DNA of 39,440 bases from Desulfurobacteriaceae bacterium. GTDB lineage: Bacteria > Aquificota > Aquificia > Desulfurobacteriales > Desulfurobacteriaceae. The first letter of the stretch is position 1, and every line of letters starts with the position of its first letter. This document shows, piece after piece, positions 37,583-39,440 of this stretch. The notes under the pieces were generated by a model. The model ran no database searches. It saw only the letters and a program-made list of their open reading frames with translations, and had not been told where the DNA came from. The translations under genes and the position numbers were made by a program. The stretch is from NCBI GenBank assembly GCA_039832905.1, contig JBDOLX010000114.1, positions 1-39,440 on the forward strand, given 5' to 3'.

Positions 37583-38854
37583 ATGGATAGTAACGTAAAA
37601 ATAAAAATAGATTTCAATCTCCTTCAGTCTGGAACTTGGGTTCTGGAAAAGAAAGGGAATCAACAGATTCATTATTTTGAAAAGAAAATAGGGGAAGGAA
37701 AAATAATTATTTATAACGCTTTAGATGTTCCGAGTCCTATTGACAGCAAAATTCTTGATTATTTGATGGTTAGATCTCAGGAAATGCAGTGGGCAGAAGA
37801 AATTACTATTCCTTCATTGCGAACCTTGGCGAAAGAAATTGGTATGGGAACTGATAAAAAGAGGCTTGAACGCATAAGGAGAGGGTTAGAGATACTTGTG
37901 AATACTAGAATACGTTTTGAAAACTGTTTTGTGGATAATGGTACTTTGGACTATATAAAAGGGGGGGATTATGAAGTTATAAACATAGGTATCTTGACTG
38001 ACTATACAATAGAAAAAGTAAGTAAAAGAGGGCAACCCCGACAGATTACTGTTTGGTTTAATAAAAACTTTATTTCTTTATGTAAGCATTCACTTGGTTA
38101 CAAACTAATTCCCTATGCTCCAATACAGGGTCTAAGAGACACGGCTTATGCACTTTATAAGTGGGCTTATCGCTGGTATGACTCATCTAAAGGCTATGGT
38201 GAAAGGTGGATAGGGAGTGGGAAAGCGTTAGTTGATTGGTATAAAAACGAACTTAATAGTGTTGCTCAATATAAGTATCCTTCGGAGGTCTTAAGAAGAA
38301 TAAAGGTGGCAATTAAACAGCTTAATGAGAATCCAAAGGTTCCTTTTGGTCTTAATCTTAAAGAAGAAAATGGAAACTACAAGATAGAACTTTATCGTAA
38401 AGAAGGAGTTATTCTCAAAACTAAAAGAGAAATTCTTTTTGATAAGTTACCTAGGGCTTTAAGAGAAGCTATTATTAAACTGATAGAGAAGAAAAAGCAT
38501 ATTAAGGACTCCTATGCCTTAGCCCGTTCTATGTCCCTTAAAGAATTGGAAATTCTTCTTAAAAAACTTGTAGTTATCCAGCTTCCTAAAAGTACGTGGG
38601 AAATGATAGAGACTTTATATTCCGACATAAGAGACTTTGAACCTGAGGATGTGAAGAAGTCAAAAATAGAGGTAATAGAAGCACCGATAGGAAAAGAAGT
38701 AAAAGGCGAATTTGTTTATTTAGTGGTTGAAAAAGAAAAGCTAAATGAGAAACATAGTTTTTATAAAACACTTGAAGCTATTATTCCAAGCTGGAGAGAA
38801 GGATTGCAGAAAGCAGTTGGTTATCTAAAAGAGGTTCAGCTTACAAAGCTTTAA
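37583..38854 (+). CDS. Putative iteron-binding replication initiator (Rep), 423 aa
   Basis: Position directly downstream of the iterons. GGGAGG RBS. Winged-helix-like segment IPSLRTLAKEIGMGTDKKRLERIRRGLEIL. The assignment is mainly contextual. Confidence 0.55.
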   Translation: MDSNVKIKIDFNLLQSGTWVLEKKGNQQIHYFEKKIGEGKIIIYNALDVPSPIDSKILDYLMVRSQEMQWAEEITIPSLRTLAKEIGMGTDKKRLERIRRGLEILVNTRIRFENCFVDNGTLDYIKGGDYEVINIGILTDYTIEKVSKRGQPRQITVWFNKNFISLCKHSLGYKLIPYAPIQGLRDTAYALYKWAYRWYDSSKGYGERWIGSGKALVDWYKNELNSVAQYKYPSEVLRRIKVAIKQLNENPKVPFGLNLKEENGNYKIELYRKEGVILKTKREILFDKLPRALREAIIKLIEKKKHIKDSYALARSMSLKELEILLKKLVVIQLPKSTWEMIETLYSDIRDFEPEDVKKSKIEVIEAPIGKEVKGEFVYLVVEKEKLNEKHSFYKTLEAIIPSWREGLQKAVGYLKEVQLTKL

Positions 38855-38971
38855 TTGATTGTGGTTTTTCCAGGAATAGAAAGTTGTGCTTTTGTTGTTT
38901 AAAAATCCTGTGCATTGTGTGCTTCTAAGTTTTATTTCATGTGCATTTTCTTATGTTGCTTCTTGTGTACT

Positions 38972-38998
38972 GAACTTCTGCCCGCAGAAATTTTTTGT
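38972..38998 (+). terminator. Rho-independent terminator candidate downstream of rep (AACTTCTGCCCGCAGAAATTTTTTG)
   Basis: TTCTGC/GCAGAA stem with a short loop, followed by a T6 run. Confidence 0.55.
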
Positions 38999-39053
38999 CA
39001 AGTTTCTTTTTCTCTCTTACTTTTGAAATAGAAGAAAGTTTTGAGAGGTTACT

Positions 39054-39347
39054 ATGCTGAAATATAATCCTGAAACAGATACTCTCTATGTTTCTTTCTA
39101 CGACGAGGAGAAAAAGAAACAGGTCAGTCTGATAATCTCTGAGGTTAGCAAAAAGTCAGAGTATTTTCCTGAAGATGATATTCTGTGGGTAGATATTTCG
39201 GAAAAAAAGTCCTTTGAAAGTGAACACATATTTGATGGCAATTTTGTGGTTGACTTTGATAAAAACGGAGACCCAGTAGGACTGGAAATCTTTGGTTGGA
39301 AAAGGTTTTACGACGAAAGGTGTGTAGGTAAGCAAGAGAAAAAATAA
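39054..39347 (+). CDS. DUF2283-family small protein
   Basis: YNPETDTLYVSF...VVDFDKNGDPVGLEIFG matches the DUF2283 pattern (YDxExDxLYI...D.DxxGxxVGIEI). Confidence 0.55.
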   Translation: MLKYNPETDTLYVSFYDEEKKKQVSLIISEVSKKSEYFPEDDILWVDISEKKSFESEHIFDGNFVVDFDKNGDPVGLEIFGWKRFYDERCVGKQEKK

Positions 39348-39352
39348 AAAAT

Positions 39353-39440
39353 CCTCTCTATCCCGTCTGATTTCGCTTCTGACGAATTCCAAGTATAAAG
39401 GTATTACTCCCCCCTCTATCTCGTCTCAGAACCCCCAATC
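39353..39440. repeat. 5' part of conserved block copy A'; also 19-nt terminal redundancy (39422-39440 = 1-19)
   Basis: CCTCTCTATCCCGTCTGATTTCGCTTCTGACGAATTCCAAG... aligns with 36412-36500. The final 19 nt are identical to the first 19 nt of the window. Confidence 0.85.

Overview
The window looks like a complete, circularly permuted AT-rich replicon of about 39.4 kb: the last 19 nt (39422-39440) repeat the first 19 nt. The K/E/I-rich coding style suggests a thermophile plasmid. Size and composition resemble the Aquificae extrachromosomal element Aquifex aeolicus ece1, but I cannot verify that without a search.

Contents:
- an iteron-type replication module: 4 x 22-bp iterons at 37406-37500 and a putative rep gene at 37583-38854;
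- a type Ib partition pair: parA plus a ribbon-helix-helix (RHH) parG-like gene at 4022-4924;
- a roughly 17-kb defence island built around dndBCDE, a DNA phosphorothioation operon at 12005-16796 with no dndA;
- convergent to dndE, a plus-strand cluster at 5338-12027: PLD-nuclease/SF2-helicase fusion, DndD-like ABC ATPase, a 134-aa protein and a DUF262+DUF1524 (GmrSD/SspE-like) nuclease. The first two genes each carry one disabling lesion (a 20-bp tandem duplication and an in-frame TAG);
- immediately upstream of dndB on the same strand, a tight operon at 17120-22740: a close FtsZ paralog with degenerate T1/T3 GTP loops, a DUF262+DUF1524 protein, a 115-aa protein and a 14-blade WD40 protein. 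This is the most unusual system in the window;
- a 6-kb toxin-antitoxin/recombinase mosaic at 23.0-28.97 kb: mazEF, three vapBC-type pairs (one with a truncated vapC), an intact serine resolvase, and duplicated resolvase 5' fragments fused to mazE/mazF remnants;
- an SPFH/NfeD membrane operon, a TM-anchored ankyrin-repeat protein, two small-molecule SAM methyltransferases, a decayed HEPN next to an intact MNT gene, and a doubly frameshifted hipA followed by an HTH gene;
- two diverged copies of a roughly 600-bp composite noncoding module (conserved 245-bp block, tandem short repeats, 24-bp palindrome, GTGCAC boxes) that bracket the rep region.
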